Source: Phycisphaerales bacterium
Lineage (GTDB): Bacteria > Planctomycetota > Phycisphaerae > Phycisphaerales > UBA1924
DNA length: 64,000 nt
Direction of reading: 5' to 3'
NCBI GenBank assembly: GCA_035299305.1
Contig: DATGWV010000237.1
Span: 4,235-68,234 of the forward strand
The translations under genes were made by a program, and so were the position numbers. Positions within the stretch are counted from its first letter, which is position 1; the number at the start of each line of letters is the position of its first letter. The notes below the pieces were generated by a model. That model did not search any database and had not been told where the DNA came from. It saw only the letters and a list, made by a program, of their open reading frames with translations. Positions 18,100 to 27,687 of this stretch are shown here, one piece after another.

Positions 18100-20160
18100 T
18101 CAGTCATCCACCAGCACGCGCGGCCCCTGGCTTTGCAGGCTGAGCAGATGCGCGTACATGCCTGCGCTGCTGGCGAGTTGGTCGTGGGGGCCTTGCTCGA
18201 CGATGCGGCCTTGCTCGAGCAAGACGATGCTGTCGGCGTGGCGGATGGTGCTGAGGCGGTGGGCGATGACGAAGCTGGTGCGGTTCTTCATCAGCGTCGC
18301 GAGACTTTGCTGGATGAGCTGCTCGCTTTCGCTGTCGAGGTTGCTTGTCGCTTCGTCGAGGATGAGAATGAGCGGATCGGCGAGGATGGCTCGCGCGATG
18401 GCGATGCGTTGCTTCTGGCCGCCTGAGAGACGCACGCCGCGTTCGCCGATCATGGTTTGGTAGCCCTTTTCGGTTTCGGTGATGAATCCGTGGGCGTGCG
18501 CGGCTTGGGCGGCGTTGATGATCTCCGCTTGCGTCGCATCACGCCGGCCGTAAGCGATGTTCTCGGCGATAGTGCCATCGAAGAGGAAGACGTCTTGTTC
18601 GACGATGCCCAGCAGACTGCGGTAGCTGGCGATAGAGATGTCGCGCAGGTTGACGCCGTCGAGAAGGACGTCACCTTGCGTGGGGTCGTAGAAGCGTGCG
18701 ACGAGATTGCAGAGCGTGGTTTTGCCAGCGCCGCTGGGACCGACGAGCGCGATGGTCTGGCCGGGCTTGGCGAGAAGGTTGATGTTGGTGAGGACTTCGC
18801 GGGGTTTGGTGGTTGTTGATTGCTCGGCGGCTTGGGTGGTTGTTGCGGTGCCGTTGGGCTTTGGTGTCCCTCGCTGGCGCTCGGGTTCGTTGTTGTTGGT
18901 GCGCGTTGGATAGATGAAGCTCACGTTGCGGAGTTCGATCTGGCCGCGGGCGGTGGCGCGATCAACGTCGATGGTGGGCTTGTCGCTGACGAATTCCTTC
19001 TCTTCGTCCAGCAGCGTGAGCACGCGATCGAGCGCGGCAAGGTTGCTTTGAATGTTCGCTGCGGTGCTGGTGAGCGTTTCCAGCGGGCCCAGCAGCATGA
19101 GCAGGTAGGTGAGGAACATCATGAGATCGCCGATGGTCAGCGATTTCTCCATGACAGCGATGCCGCCGTAGATCATGACGCCTGCACTGGCGATGGGGAT
19201 GAGCAGGCCCCATGCGATCTCGACGATGCGCGACCACCACCAGGTGATGATCTCGATGCGTGTCATCATGTGCTGGCCGCTCACGAAGCGGGCGTTCTCG
19301 CTGCGGCTGCGACCAAAGCCGCGCACGACGCGCAGGCCGCCGAAGGCTTCGGTGGCGTGAGCGTCGACCTGCTGGCGAATTTGCTTGGCATCGCGGAAGA
19401 GCGGGCGAATTTTGCTGATCCAGGTTTTGTGCGTGACCCACACGGCGGGGATGCACAAGAGGCCGCCCGCGAGCAGTCGCCAATCGGTGAAGGCGAGAAT
19501 GATCAGCGTACCGATGAGCGTGACGATGGCGCGCCAGGGGTTGTAGATCATGCTAAAGAGCAGTTCGCCCGCGAGGCCGGCGTCTTCGCGCAGCAGGCTG
19601 GACATGCCGCCTGACTTGTAGTGTTGAATGCGATGCAGCGGCAGTTGAATCGCGTGATGAAAAGCGCGGCGGCGCATGCCCACTTGCACGCGCTTGGTCA
19701 CGCGCGTCATCTGCCAGCGGCCCACGATGCCGACGAACACCGCAACGGCGGAGAGCGCGACCATCGCGCCGCCCAGCCACCACAAAAGTTGGCGGCGATG
19801 ACTCATGACATCCGCGACGCTGATGTGCAGCACATCGAGTACGCGCTGCGGCAGGCCCGCAGGCCCCGGGTTGTCGGTGATGATGTAGTCAATCGCAACT
19901 TTGGTCGCGGCGGGCAGCACCAGCGAGATCAGCGTCATGATCGTGACGGTTGTGAGCGCGAGCCAGATGTAGTTGGTGTGGCCCTCGCACAACTGCCAGA
20001 AGGCGCGGAAGAGCTCCCAGAAACCCCGCGTGGGTTTGCCGGCTTTTCGCCAGCCCACGCGACCCTTGTCATCCGCCTTGGTCGCCCACTCGGCATCGGT
20101 CTTGCGACGCTGGTTGTACTGATCAATCTGACGAGACGTGGCAAGGCGGCGAGAGAGCAT
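18100..20160 (-). CDS. ABC exporter, fused transmembrane and ATP-binding protein (MsbA-like)
   Basis: A six-helix TMD is followed by Walker A (LVGPSGAGKTTL), the signature (LSGGQKQRIAIARA) and Walker B (ILILDEATS). Confidence 0.9.
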   Translation of the reverse strand: MLSRRLATSRQIDQYNQRRKTDAEWATKADDKGRVGWRKAGKPTRGFWELFRAFWQLCEGHTNYIWLALTTVTIMTLISLVLPAATKVAIDYIITDNPGPAGLPQRVLDVLHISVADVMSHRRQLLWWLGGAMVALSAVAVFVGIVGRWQMTRVTKRVQVGMRRRAFHHAIQLPLHRIQHYKSGGMSSLLREDAGLAGELLFSMIYNPWRAIVTLIGTLIILAFTDWRLLAGGLLCIPAVWVTHKTWISKIRPLFRDAKQIRQQVDAHATEAFGGLRVVRGFGRSRSENARFVSGQHMMTRIEIITWWWSRIVEIAWGLLIPIASAGVMIYGGIAVMEKSLTIGDLMMFLTYLLMLLGPLETLTSTAANIQSNLAALDRVLTLLDEEKEFVSDKPTIDVDRATARGQIELRNVSFIYPTRTNNNEPERQRGTPKPNGTATTTQAAEQSTTTKPREVLTNINLLAKPGQTIALVGPSGAGKTTLCNLVARFYDPTQGDVLLDGVNLRDISIASYRSLLGIVEQDVFLFDGTIAENIAYGRRDATQAEIINAAQAAHAHGFITETEKGYQTMIGERGVRLSGGQKQRIAIARAILADPLILILDEATSNLDSESEQLIQQSLATLMKNRTSFVIAHRLSTIRHADSIVLLEQGRIVEQGPHDQLASSAGMYAHLLSLQSQGPRVLVDD

Positions 20161-20205
20161 TGTGAGAGTTTAGGGAACGCGCGGGCGGGCGACCGCACGT
20201 GTGGC

Positions 20206-21822
20206 TCAGGTCAGCACGGCGACGCCTCGTCGGGTGAGGGCTTCGCGGGCGACTTCGCGGTCGTCGAAGTGGGTGCGGATGGTGCCGCCTTTGCCGTCGG
20301 GGAGGATCTGCTCGGTCTCGTGGCCTTTGCCAGCGATGATGATGACGTCGCCCTCGCGAGCGTTGGCGATGGCGGCGTCGATGGCGCGTTCGCGATCGAC
20401 CTGCACGAGCAGCGCGTCGCGTTTGTTGGCGGGGACGCCGGCGAGAATCTGATCGACGATGTCGCTGGGGCGTTCGGTGCGCGGGTTGTCGCTGGTGACG
20501 ACGACCATGTCGGCGAGTTCGCTGGCGGCGAGGCCCATGCGGGGGCGTTTGGTGCGGTCGCGGTCGCCGCCGCAGCCGAAGACGCACCAGAGCTTGGCGC
20601 CCGGCTGCGGCGGGTGCGTGGCGCCGGCGGCGTTGCCGACGAGGGCACCTGGCTTGATGCGATTGGGCATGACGCTGCCGACGGCGCGGAGGACGTTGCG
20701 CAGCGAGTCGTCGCTGTGGGCGTAATCGACGAAGACGCTGAAGGGCGCGTCGACGGCGGTGACGCGTTCGAGGCGGCCCGGTGGCGCGGTGAGGTGCGCG
20801 ATGCCGCTTGCGATGGTGTCGCGCGAGACGCCCAGGGCATGCGTGCTGCAGACAGCGGCGAGGATGTTGAAGGCGTTGTAGAGGCCCACGAGGCTGGTCT
20901 TGGCGGTGAATGTGCCCCAAGGGCCGGTGAGGGTGAGGCCCATGCCTGACATGTCGTGGCTGGTGACTTGGCAGGTGGCGTCGAGGGGTGTGGTGGGTTT
21001 GACGCCGGGCTCAATGACGCCAGCGCGGATGACGCGGGCTTTGCAGTCGCGCACCATGCGCTGCGACCAGGGGTCGAGGGCGTTGACGATGGCGACGCCG
21101 TCTTCGCGCAGCAGAGAGAAAAGGCGGGCCTTGGCGCTCGCGTAGTTCTCCATCGTGCCGTGGTAGTCGAGGTGATCACCCGTCAAGTTGCTGAAGACGG
21201 CGGCCTTGAAGCGCAGAGCGTCGGCGCGTTTCTGATCGAGCGCGTGGCTGGAGACTTCGAGGGCGGCGGCTTGGCAGGCGCATTCGCGCATGCGGGCGAT
21301 GCTGCGGCTGATTTCGATGGCGGGGGGCGTGGTCATGTTGGCGGCGGCGACTTCGACGCCGTCGTCGATGATGACGGTGCCGATGAGGCCGCAGCGGGTG
21401 CCGACGCGATTGAGCAGTTGCCAGCAGAGGAAGGTTGTCGTTGTCTTGCCGTTGGTGCCGGTGACGCCGATCAGGTGGAGGTCTTTGGCGGCATCACCAT
21501 AGAAGCGCTCGGCGAGGAGCGAACTGGCGAGGAGGATGTCTTTGGCGAGCAGGACGGGCACGGCGTGGATGTGCGTGCGCATCGAAGCGTCGTCGGTGAG
21601 GATGGCGGCGGCACCGGCGTCAACCGCGGCTTTGGCGAACTGTTTGCCGTCGGTTTTGAGGCCGCTGCGAGCGATGAAGAGTGAGCCGGGCAGGACGGTG
21701 CGGCTGTCTTCGGTGATGTCGCAGATGCGGGTGAGGGCGACATCGCCGGGCAGCGTGGCGGAGAGGCCGGCCTCGCCGCAGAGGTGGATGTCCAGTCCGT
21801 GGACGAGGTCGCTGAGTCGCAT
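20206..21822 (-). CDS. murE: UDP-N-acetylmuramoyl-L-alanyl-D-glutamate--2,6-diaminopimelate ligase
   Basis: Track ORF 20206..21942; the ATG at 21822 gives MRLSDLVHGL. Mur ligase motifs are present (GVTGTNGKTTTTFL, DYAHSDDSL) together with a DNPR-type motif, TSDNPRTE. Confidence 0.9.
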   Translation of the reverse strand: MRLSDLVHGLDIHLCGEAGLSATLPGDVALTRICDITEDSRTVLPGSLFIARSGLKTDGKQFAKAAVDAGAAAILTDDASMRTHIHAVPVLLAKDILLASSLLAERFYGDAAKDLHLIGVTGTNGKTTTTFLCWQLLNRVGTRCGLIGTVIIDDGVEVAAANMTTPPAIEISRSIARMRECACQAAALEVSSHALDQKRADALRFKAAVFSNLTGDHLDYHGTMENYASAKARLFSLLREDGVAIVNALDPWSQRMVRDCKARVIRAGVIEPGVKPTTPLDATCQVTSHDMSGMGLTLTGPWGTFTAKTSLVGLYNAFNILAAVCSTHALGVSRDTIASGIAHLTAPPGRLERVTAVDAPFSVFVDYAHSDDSLRNVLRAVGSVMPNRIKPGALVGNAAGATHPPQPGAKLWCVFGCGGDRDRTKRPRMGLAASELADMVVVTSDNPRTERPSDIVDQILAGVPANKRDALLVQVDRERAIDAAIANAREGDVIIIAGKGHETEQILPDGKGGTIRTHFDDREVAREALTRRGVAVLT

Positions 21823-21964
21823 GGGGGAGGATATGAGCAGGCAGCGAGCGTGCCACCGACGTGCCACCGACCGTGCAAAGCCACGGTCGGTGCGGAGTTG
21901 TTGGAGGCAGCACCGACCGCTCAGGGCAGCGGTCGGTGGCACGGTGATGGAGGTGACACGAGTT

Positions 21965-23026
21965 TTAGATGAGCGCCTTGGGGTTACTTGGTGGAGGCGG
22001 GGGCGGGGGGAAGAGTTTGCGGTCGAGGCCGATGGGGCCGCTGCCCAGCAAGGCGAGGGCGAGGGCGGACATGAGCAGCGACAGTTGCCAGAAGAGCGTT
22101 TTCCAGACGTCGATGGCGAAGAAGTCGCGGTCGGGGATGAAGCCCAGCACGACTTTGCCGGTTTGGATGGCGGGACCGACTTCGGTCAGCCAGATGGCGC
22201 CGATCATCGTGCTCGCGAGGATGACGGCAGACAGACGCGTGAACAGACCGGCGAGGACGAAGAGGCCGCCCACGACTTCGCAGGTGGCGACGGTCCACGC
22301 GAGGATGACGGGCCAGCGGCCTTCGGCGAGCGAGGTGGGCCAGAGATTGCGGAGGGGCTGGTTGTCGCCGGTGAGGCCCGGATGGCCGGCGCGGTGGATG
22401 AGCATCGCGAGGCTGTAGACACGCGGCACCTGGATGTCGTCGGGAAATTCGCTGGCGGTGTAGATGCGCGTCTGCGTGGGCTGGCCGGCGTTGGGGCTGG
22501 AGGGCGGAGCGGTGACTTGCGCGAGCGTGAGGGGGCTAGCGAGCGACGCGGTGGGCTTGGGTTGCTCTTGTGGCGCGTGTTGATCTGCGGGCTTGGTTTG
22601 TTCAGTTGGCTCGGTTTGTTCTGTCGGCTTCGCGGGTTCGTTGCTACGCGGCTCGGCGGGACGCGGCGGGCCCATGGGCTCATCTTCGGGCGTGAAGGCG
22701 GGCTCGGGTGCTTGCGGCTTGGGCGTTGCCGGCGCTGCAGGCTGGGGCGTGAGCGCGGGCGACTCGGGGCCCACGGGCAGAGGCGAGGTGTCCTTCTTGC
22801 GGGCGGGGGGCTGCTGGTCGGTGTTGCCTGTGCCGGGCACCACGGTCTTGCCGCTCGTGGCTTCGCTGCGGACTTTTTCGACGCCCATGTTCGCAAGCAA
22901 CGCGGCCTGCTCGCCCTTGACGGGAAACGTGGCTTCGATCTTGCCCAGACCGGCCCAGATGAAGGTGAGGCCCAGCGCCATCCGCAACAAAAGCGGAGCG
23001 AGCGCGGGGCCGATTTTCTTGAGCAT
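21965..23026 (-). CDS. DoxX-family membrane protein with an internal Pro/Thr/Glu-rich linker
   Basis: The ATG at 23026 gives MLKKIGPALAPLLLRMALGLTFIWAGLGKI, a DoxX-like N terminus. A ~150-aa P/E/T/K-rich spacer follows, then further TM helices (VVGGLFVLAGLFTRLSAVILAS). Confidence 0.7.
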   Translation of the reverse strand: MLKKIGPALAPLLLRMALGLTFIWAGLGKIEATFPVKGEQAALLANMGVEKVRSEATSGKTVVPGTGNTDQQPPARKKDTSPLPVGPESPALTPQPAAPATPKPQAPEPAFTPEDEPMGPPRPAEPRSNEPAKPTEQTEPTEQTKPADQHAPQEQPKPTASLASPLTLAQVTAPPSSPNAGQPTQTRIYTASEFPDDIQVPRVYSLAMLIHRAGHPGLTGDNQPLRNLWPTSLAEGRWPVILAWTVATCEVVGGLFVLAGLFTRLSAVILASTMIGAIWLTEVGPAIQTGKVVLGFIPDRDFFAIDVWKTLFWQLSLLMSALALALLGSGPIGLDRKLFPPPPPPPSNPKALI

Positions 23027-23059
23027 GGGGGATGGTAGAGAGACTGGGGGATGAAGGTG

Positions 23060-23097
23060 CAAGGCTGCCAACGGGCATGGGCCTGTTGGCAGCCTTG
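23060..23097. repeat. REP-like palindromic element, copy 1
   Basis: caaggctgccaac - 12 nt (gggcatgggcct) - gttggcagccttg. It is intergenic. Confidence 0.8.
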
Positions 23098-23162
23098 GCA
23101 GGGTTGGCGGGTTTGGTCACGGGTTTGTCGCCGCGGCATGAGGAACGCGGGCTTCGAGCACC

Positions 23163-24245
23163 TCACGGTGCGGGCGGTGGCTGGGAAGGTGTGAGGAAGT
23201 AGTCGATCATCGCTTTGTAGTCGATGCGACCGATGTCGGTGCGTTGGTCAGCGACGGCGGTGAAGACTTTGCAGGGTGGGGGGAGAGGTTCGCCTGCAAC
23301 AACCTTCTCGAAGGCACGTACTTGAAAGTCGTGGCCGAGGAATCGGCCGGGTACGACGAGGTACTCGCCAGCGGGAAGCGAAAGCTCCGAAGACGTGTCA
23401 GCCGAGTCGCCCAGCGGCCAGACGCGGCGACGATCTGCGCCTGCCCCGGTCGATGCTGTGTGGTTTGGTCGACGAAAAACGGCGTGGTCGCTCAGGCGGA
23501 TGAATGACACGGACGCTTCCATGCCAAACCCATAACGCGAAAAGAGCACCGGATCGACATCGACCTCACCGGTGACTTGTGCATTTGAGATCTCCGGCAG
23601 ATAGATCAGTGCGCCTGTGTCAAAGTCTTCGGTTCCTGCCGGGATGGGAAGACTGAGAAGCTTCGACGCTCCGTAGAAAAGCGTTGTTGCTTCATGCCGG
23701 ACATAGGCAACGCTGAATGTCGGCGCGGCCCGCATGGGCCACTCGGGCATGCCCGCCACGACCGCGGACAAGCTTTCGGTGGGCTCGACACCGTTCGAGA
23801 AACTCACGCTTCCTTTGACGCGTCGCCCGGGCTCAAATGCGATCTCGACAAGCGGATGTTCGTCAGCCGCGGCAAGCGTGCGTGTGAGCGGACTGCGAAT
23901 GGCGGTGCGGGCATACAGCGACACGACATCGGCGGAAGGTTCATCGCCAGGTCCCCAACCGTGTTTGATGCGAATACTGCAGCTGACATCTTGATTGGTG
24001 GTGCAGGGAACATCACGCACTGTCAGGCGACCGTCGGCGTCGGTCACGCCGCCTCCCACCCAGCGGCGAGCGGTCACTTCCACAACGATGGAAGCTCGCG
24101 GTAACGGCTCGCCAGTTGTCCGCCTCACGACGAACGTGACGGACTTGGGCGTCACGTCGCTCGCAGGCGGGGTGGCCTGCAGGCCCAGCGTGACGAAGCA
24201 CGAGCAGAGCAAGAGAAGGTACAGCAGCGGCTTGCTGAAGAACAT
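23163..24245 (-). CDS. Secreted 360-aa protein, tandem paralog A (CarboxypepD_reg-like N-terminal region)
   Basis: MFFSKPLLYLLLLCSCFVTLGLQATPPA is a signal peptide. The C terminus is LPPPCKVFTAVADQRTDIGRIDYKAMIDYFLTPSQPPPAP. Both termini are near-identical to the gene at 24468..25550. Confidence 0.75.
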   Translation of the reverse strand: MFFSKPLLYLLLLCSCFVTLGLQATPPASDVTPKSVTFVVRRTTGEPLPRASIVVEVTARRWVGGGVTDADGRLTVRDVPCTTNQDVSCSIRIKHGWGPGDEPSADVVSLYARTAIRSPLTRTLAAADEHPLVEIAFEPGRRVKGSVSFSNGVEPTESLSAVVAGMPEWPMRAAPTFSVAYVRHEATTLFYGASKLLSLPIPAGTEDFDTGALIYLPEISNAQVTGEVDVDPVLFSRYGFGMEASVSFIRLSDHAVFRRPNHTASTGAGADRRRVWPLGDSADTSSELSLPAGEYLVVPGRFLGHDFQVRAFEKVVAGEPLPPPCKVFTAVADQRTDIGRIDYKAMIDYFLTPSQPPPAP

Positions 24246-24373
24246 GGAGTGCTCCCGGCATCAGTCTAACGAGGTGCATGGCGAGCGATTGACGTGAAGA
24301 GAGGGTGGGGGTGTGCTGCTTTATGAGCGTGTTATCGAAGCAGCGACGTCACAAGAAGCGGGCGACAGAACGA

Positions 24374-24411
24374 CAAGGCTGCCAACGGGCATGGGCCTGT
24401 TGGCAGCCTTG
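24374..24411. repeat. REP-like palindromic element, copy 2
   Basis: Same arms and the same loop as copy 1. It is part of the 1305-bp tandem unit. Confidence 0.8.
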
Positions 24412-24467
24412 GCAGGGTTGGTCATGGGTTTGTCGCCACCGCATCAGGAACACCGGCTTCGAGCGTT

Positions 24468-25550
24468 TCACGGCGCGGGCGGTGGCTGGGGAGGTGTGAG
24501 GAAGTAGTCGATCATCGCTTTGTAGTCGATGCGACCGATGTCGGTGCGTTGGCCCGCGACGGCGGTGAAGACTTTACAGGGTGGGGGGAGAGGTTCGCCT
24601 GCGATGACTTTTTCGTAGGCGCGCATCTGGTAGTCTCGGGCGAAGAAGCGACCCGGAACGACGAGATACTCCCCGATGGGGAGTGCAAGCGACGGCGATT
24701 CGCTCTTGCTGTCCCCAAGTGGCCAAGTCCGACGCCGATCTGGTCCCGTACCCGCCGATCCGGTCGTGTTGCTTCGAACGAATACAGCCCTGTCTGCAAG
24801 GCGGATAAAGGTCAACCCGTTCTCGAGACCGTGGGCGTAGTGATCGAGCAAGGACGGGTCGACGTCAATCTCGCCAACGACTCGCGCCTTTGACTCTTCC
24901 GGCACATATGTAAATGTGCCAACGTCAACATCGTCTATACCGGCGGGAATTGGTATTCCCACATACTTGCTGCCACCATAGAAGAGCGTTGTGGCTGTTT
25001 GGCGAACGTGGGAAATCGAGAAGCCGGGCTCCGCTGGCATTCGTTGATCGGGAAAGTCTGCGGCAAGGGCGGTCAAATTCTCGATGCGTTCGGCATCAGC
25101 GGGGAAGTCGACGCTACCGCGGATGATGCGAGCGGCGTCGAATGTGAGATGAATCGTCGCTTCCGTGTCTGCCGCCGCGATGGTGCAGGATTGCGGGCTG
25201 CGTATCGCCGTTCGGTGATAGAGCAGCTGACTTGCCTCCGTCAACTGGTTCCAACCTTGTCGAGACATCGCGATTCGTGCTTGGAAGACAAAGTCCTGCC
25301 CCGAGGGGCATGGGATATCTGCGACAACTGTGCGGCCTTGCTCGTCGGTCACGCCGCCGCCAAGCCAGCGACGATCCAGAACCGCAACGACAACCGACAC
25401 GTTTTGCAGTGGCTCCCCAGTCGCTCGCTTGAGGACGAACGTGACGGACTTGGGCGTCACGTCGTTCGCAGGCGGGGTAGCCTGCAGGCCCAGCGTGACG
25501 AAGCACGAGCAGAGCAACAGAAGGTACAGCAGCGGCTTGCTGAAGAACAT
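24468..25550 (-). CDS. Secreted 360-aa protein, tandem paralog B
   Basis: Same length and the same signal peptide as paralog A. The last ~45 aa match with 3 substitutions (A/G, S/P, S/G). The core is diverged. Confidence 0.75.
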   Translation of the reverse strand: MFFSKPLLYLLLLCSCFVTLGLQATPPANDVTPKSVTFVLKRATGEPLQNVSVVVAVLDRRWLGGGVTDEQGRTVVADIPCPSGQDFVFQARIAMSRQGWNQLTEASQLLYHRTAIRSPQSCTIAAADTEATIHLTFDAARIIRGSVDFPADAERIENLTALAADFPDQRMPAEPGFSISHVRQTATTLFYGGSKYVGIPIPAGIDDVDVGTFTYVPEESKARVVGEIDVDPSLLDHYAHGLENGLTFIRLADRAVFVRSNTTGSAGTGPDRRRTWPLGDSKSESPSLALPIGEYLVVPGRFFARDYQMRAYEKVIAGEPLPPPCKVFTAVAGQRTDIGRIDYKAMIDYFLTPPQPPPAP

Positions 25551-25662
25551 GGAGAGCTCCCGGCATCATTCTAACGAGGTGCGTGGCGAGCGATGGCGGG
25601 TGTGTTTTTTAATCAGCGTGTCATCGAAGCAGCAACTGCACGAGAAGCTGACGACAGAACGC

Positions 25663-25700
25663 CAAGGCTGCCAGGTGGGCCATGGGCGTTGGCAGCCTTG
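25663..25700. repeat. REP-like palindromic element, copy 3 (imperfect left arm)
   Basis: caaggctgccagg - tgggccatgggc - gttggcagccttg. Confidence 0.7.
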
Positions 25701-25742
25701 GCAGGGTTGGCAGGGTTCATGGTGTGGGCACGCTCGCGTGCA

Positions 25743-26300
25743 TCACTTGCGCTTGGGGCCGGACTTCACGAAGTCGCGGCGTTTGATTTTGACCATGCGA
25801 CCGTCGGGGTGGTGCCAGACGACGCCTTCGATGGTGCGGGCGATGAGGTAGTCCTTCATCGCATCGAAGGTGCGTGGGAAGTCGTGCAGCACTTCGCTGC
25901 CGTGCGGGACGAGGGTGTGGGTGGCGAAGTTGTCGGGGTTGCCTTGCACTTTGGGGCCGACGAGTTCGTAGGTGCCGTCGGGCAGCGTGCCGGCGGCTTC
26001 CCAGGCTTCGCGGAACCAGCGGTCTTCGGGGCCGTCGCCAACCGGCAGCCAGCCGGGCCAGTGGCCGGTGACGGGATCGGGGTCCTGGGCGGGCTCAAAG
26101 CCGGGCGGCGGGGTTTTACCGTGCTGGGCGTCGTAGCGCTTGGAGAGCTTGCCGTTGAGCACGCGAGCGCAGGTGCCGTCAAACTTCCGCGTGGCGACGC
26201 CTTCGCCCGCGAGCACCCATTCGGCGCCGGGCACGACTTCGTCGCGCACGAGGCGGTCGCCGTCGTAATTGCGTTGGTAGAGCGAGATGATTTTGCGCAT
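25743..26300 (-). CDS. Small KxDG nucleotidyltransferase-like protein (candidate minimal RNA/DNA ligase-like; DUF-type family)
   Basis: 185-aa ORF beginning MRKIISLYQRNYDGDRLVRDEVVPGAEWVLAGEGVATRKFDGTCARV. ATRKFDGT fits the covalent nucleotidyltransferase motif I (KxDG). The rest of the assignment is from memory of similar uncharacterised proteins. Confidence 0.45.
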   Translation of the reverse strand: MRKIISLYQRNYDGDRLVRDEVVPGAEWVLAGEGVATRKFDGTCARVLNGKLSKRYDAQHGKTPPPGFEPAQDPDPVTGHWPGWLPVGDGPEDRWFREAWEAAGTLPDGTYELVGPKVQGNPDNFATHTLVPHGSEVLHDFPRTFDAMKDYLIARTIEGVVWHHPDGRMVKIKRRDFVKSGPKRK

Positions 26301-26397
26301 GGATGAGCCCCTTTCTGAAGAGTGGGAGGGTAGGGAGCAGGATGGATGCGAAGTGATGGCGTGACGGGCATGCGCCGGTGACGCGGCTCTGCCGTGC

Positions 26398-27045
26398 TTA
26401 GAGCGAACCGGTCACGTGGACGAGCGCGATGCCTGGCATGCAGAGGTCGGGCCGCTTGCCGGCGATTTGCGAGTAAAGCGATCTGGACAGATCAAAGTCA
26501 TTGCTGGACGTGATGGCGACTTGGAGGCTGTGGATTTGTAGATCGTCCTCGAACGTGAAGATGACGGACCACGCGGGCCAGCCGAGTGGTGAGTCGATTA
26601 CATTCTTGACGTGAGCGCAGTAGACCTTCACATTACGAGAACGAAACCGCCGTTCTTTTCGAAAACCGAAGGCATGACTCACATAGATCACTTCGTGCGA
26701 GGTGACGGTGATGCTGGTGCGCTGCAGATACAAGAGGAGGCAGAGGAGCAGCATGACGCCTGCGATGGAGAAGGCCCAAATCGGTGCAGATGGGGACGGA
26801 GACGTCAAGGGGGCGAAGAGAGTAAAGAGGGCTATTGCGACTGGACACGCAGAGCCAACGAGCGGAATGAGGGCGGCGCGGGCGCCGCGCTTGGTGAGGA
26901 CGAAGCCGTCAGGGCAGGGCGTCAGGGCGAATGCAAAGGGCGGCAGAAATCGAAAGCCGGTCCGCTGGTCGACGATGAACTCTGCGACCGGTTCCCAGTC
27001 GCGTTCGACGGAGTGCACTTTGAAAAGGTCGTCAAGCCAACGCAT
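26398..27045 (-). CDS. Hypothetical membrane protein (two predicted TM helices)
   Basis: Track ORF 26398..27075 starts at a TTG; I prefer the ATG at 27045 (MRWLDDLFKV). Hydrophobic stretches are AALIPLVGSACPVAIALFTLFA and IWAFSIAGVMLLLCLLLYL. G+C is visibly lower than in the flanks. Confidence 0.5.
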   Translation of the reverse strand: MRWLDDLFKVHSVERDWEPVAEFIVDQRTGFRFLPPFAFALTPCPDGFVLTKRGARAALIPLVGSACPVAIALFTLFAPLTSPSPSAPIWAFSIAGVMLLLCLLLYLQRTSITVTSHEVIYVSHAFGFRKERRFRSRNVKVYCAHVKNVIDSPLGWPAWSVIFTFEDDLQIHSLQVAITSSNDFDLSRSLYSQIAGKRPDLCMPGIALVHVTGSL

Positions 27046-27150
27046 GGCGGCGATTCCGGTGTCGCGACATGGCAACGTGCGTGGAAGATATGACAGGTAC
27101 TTCGTGGGTTGAGGCGGGTGGTTGATAGAGCTGTCAATTCACCCAGGCAA

Positions 27151-27687
27151 TCACGCGGGGAAACTCAGTATTTCTCGCCACCCCTCCCATATCTGAGACG
27201 ACATCCCGCAATACCACAACTGCATCGCTTTTTGATCATCGCATTGCGAGATATCGAGCCAAGACGGCACAGACCGACGAGGATCGGTAATGGACACTTG
27301 ACGTCGCGTTGGGTCCCAATTTTCGGCTGTGAAGTTCGTTGTCTCGTTCGTGTGATGCAATTCCACAATCGGACCACGCCGAGATGCGTAGAACTCACTT
27401 TCTCTCACATGGACAACTAGATCGTCTCCAGATCGTTCGAACGACCACAGCACCTCTGCAGGAGAGTTATCCAACGAGACAGCCGCTGAGACGACCTCGC
27501 GACTGCGACTGTATTGAAACTCACACCTCAACAAAAAGAGACGCTTCGGGAAAAAGCGGCTTTGGAAGGCAGCTGGATTTCTTTGGCTGGCTGATGCAAC
27601 GAATACGTATGCATCCGTGTCGGCAGGTCTACGAGCGGAGACGGAAGAAACATAACTATGGAATGGAATGGCCTCACTGCAAATCAC
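27151..27687 (-). CDS. Hypothetical protein (orphan, lower G+C)
   Basis: 178-aa ORF with a GTG start. I recognise no motif. Its composition differs from the surrounding genes. Confidence 0.4.
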   Translation of the reverse strand: MICSEAIPFHSYVSSVSARRPADTDAYVFVASASQRNPAAFQSRFFPKRLFLLRCEFQYSRSREVVSAAVSLDNSPAEVLWSFERSGDDLVVHVRESEFYASRRGPIVELHHTNETTNFTAENWDPTRRQVSITDPRRSVPSWLDISQCDDQKAMQLWYCGMSSQIWEGWREILSFPA

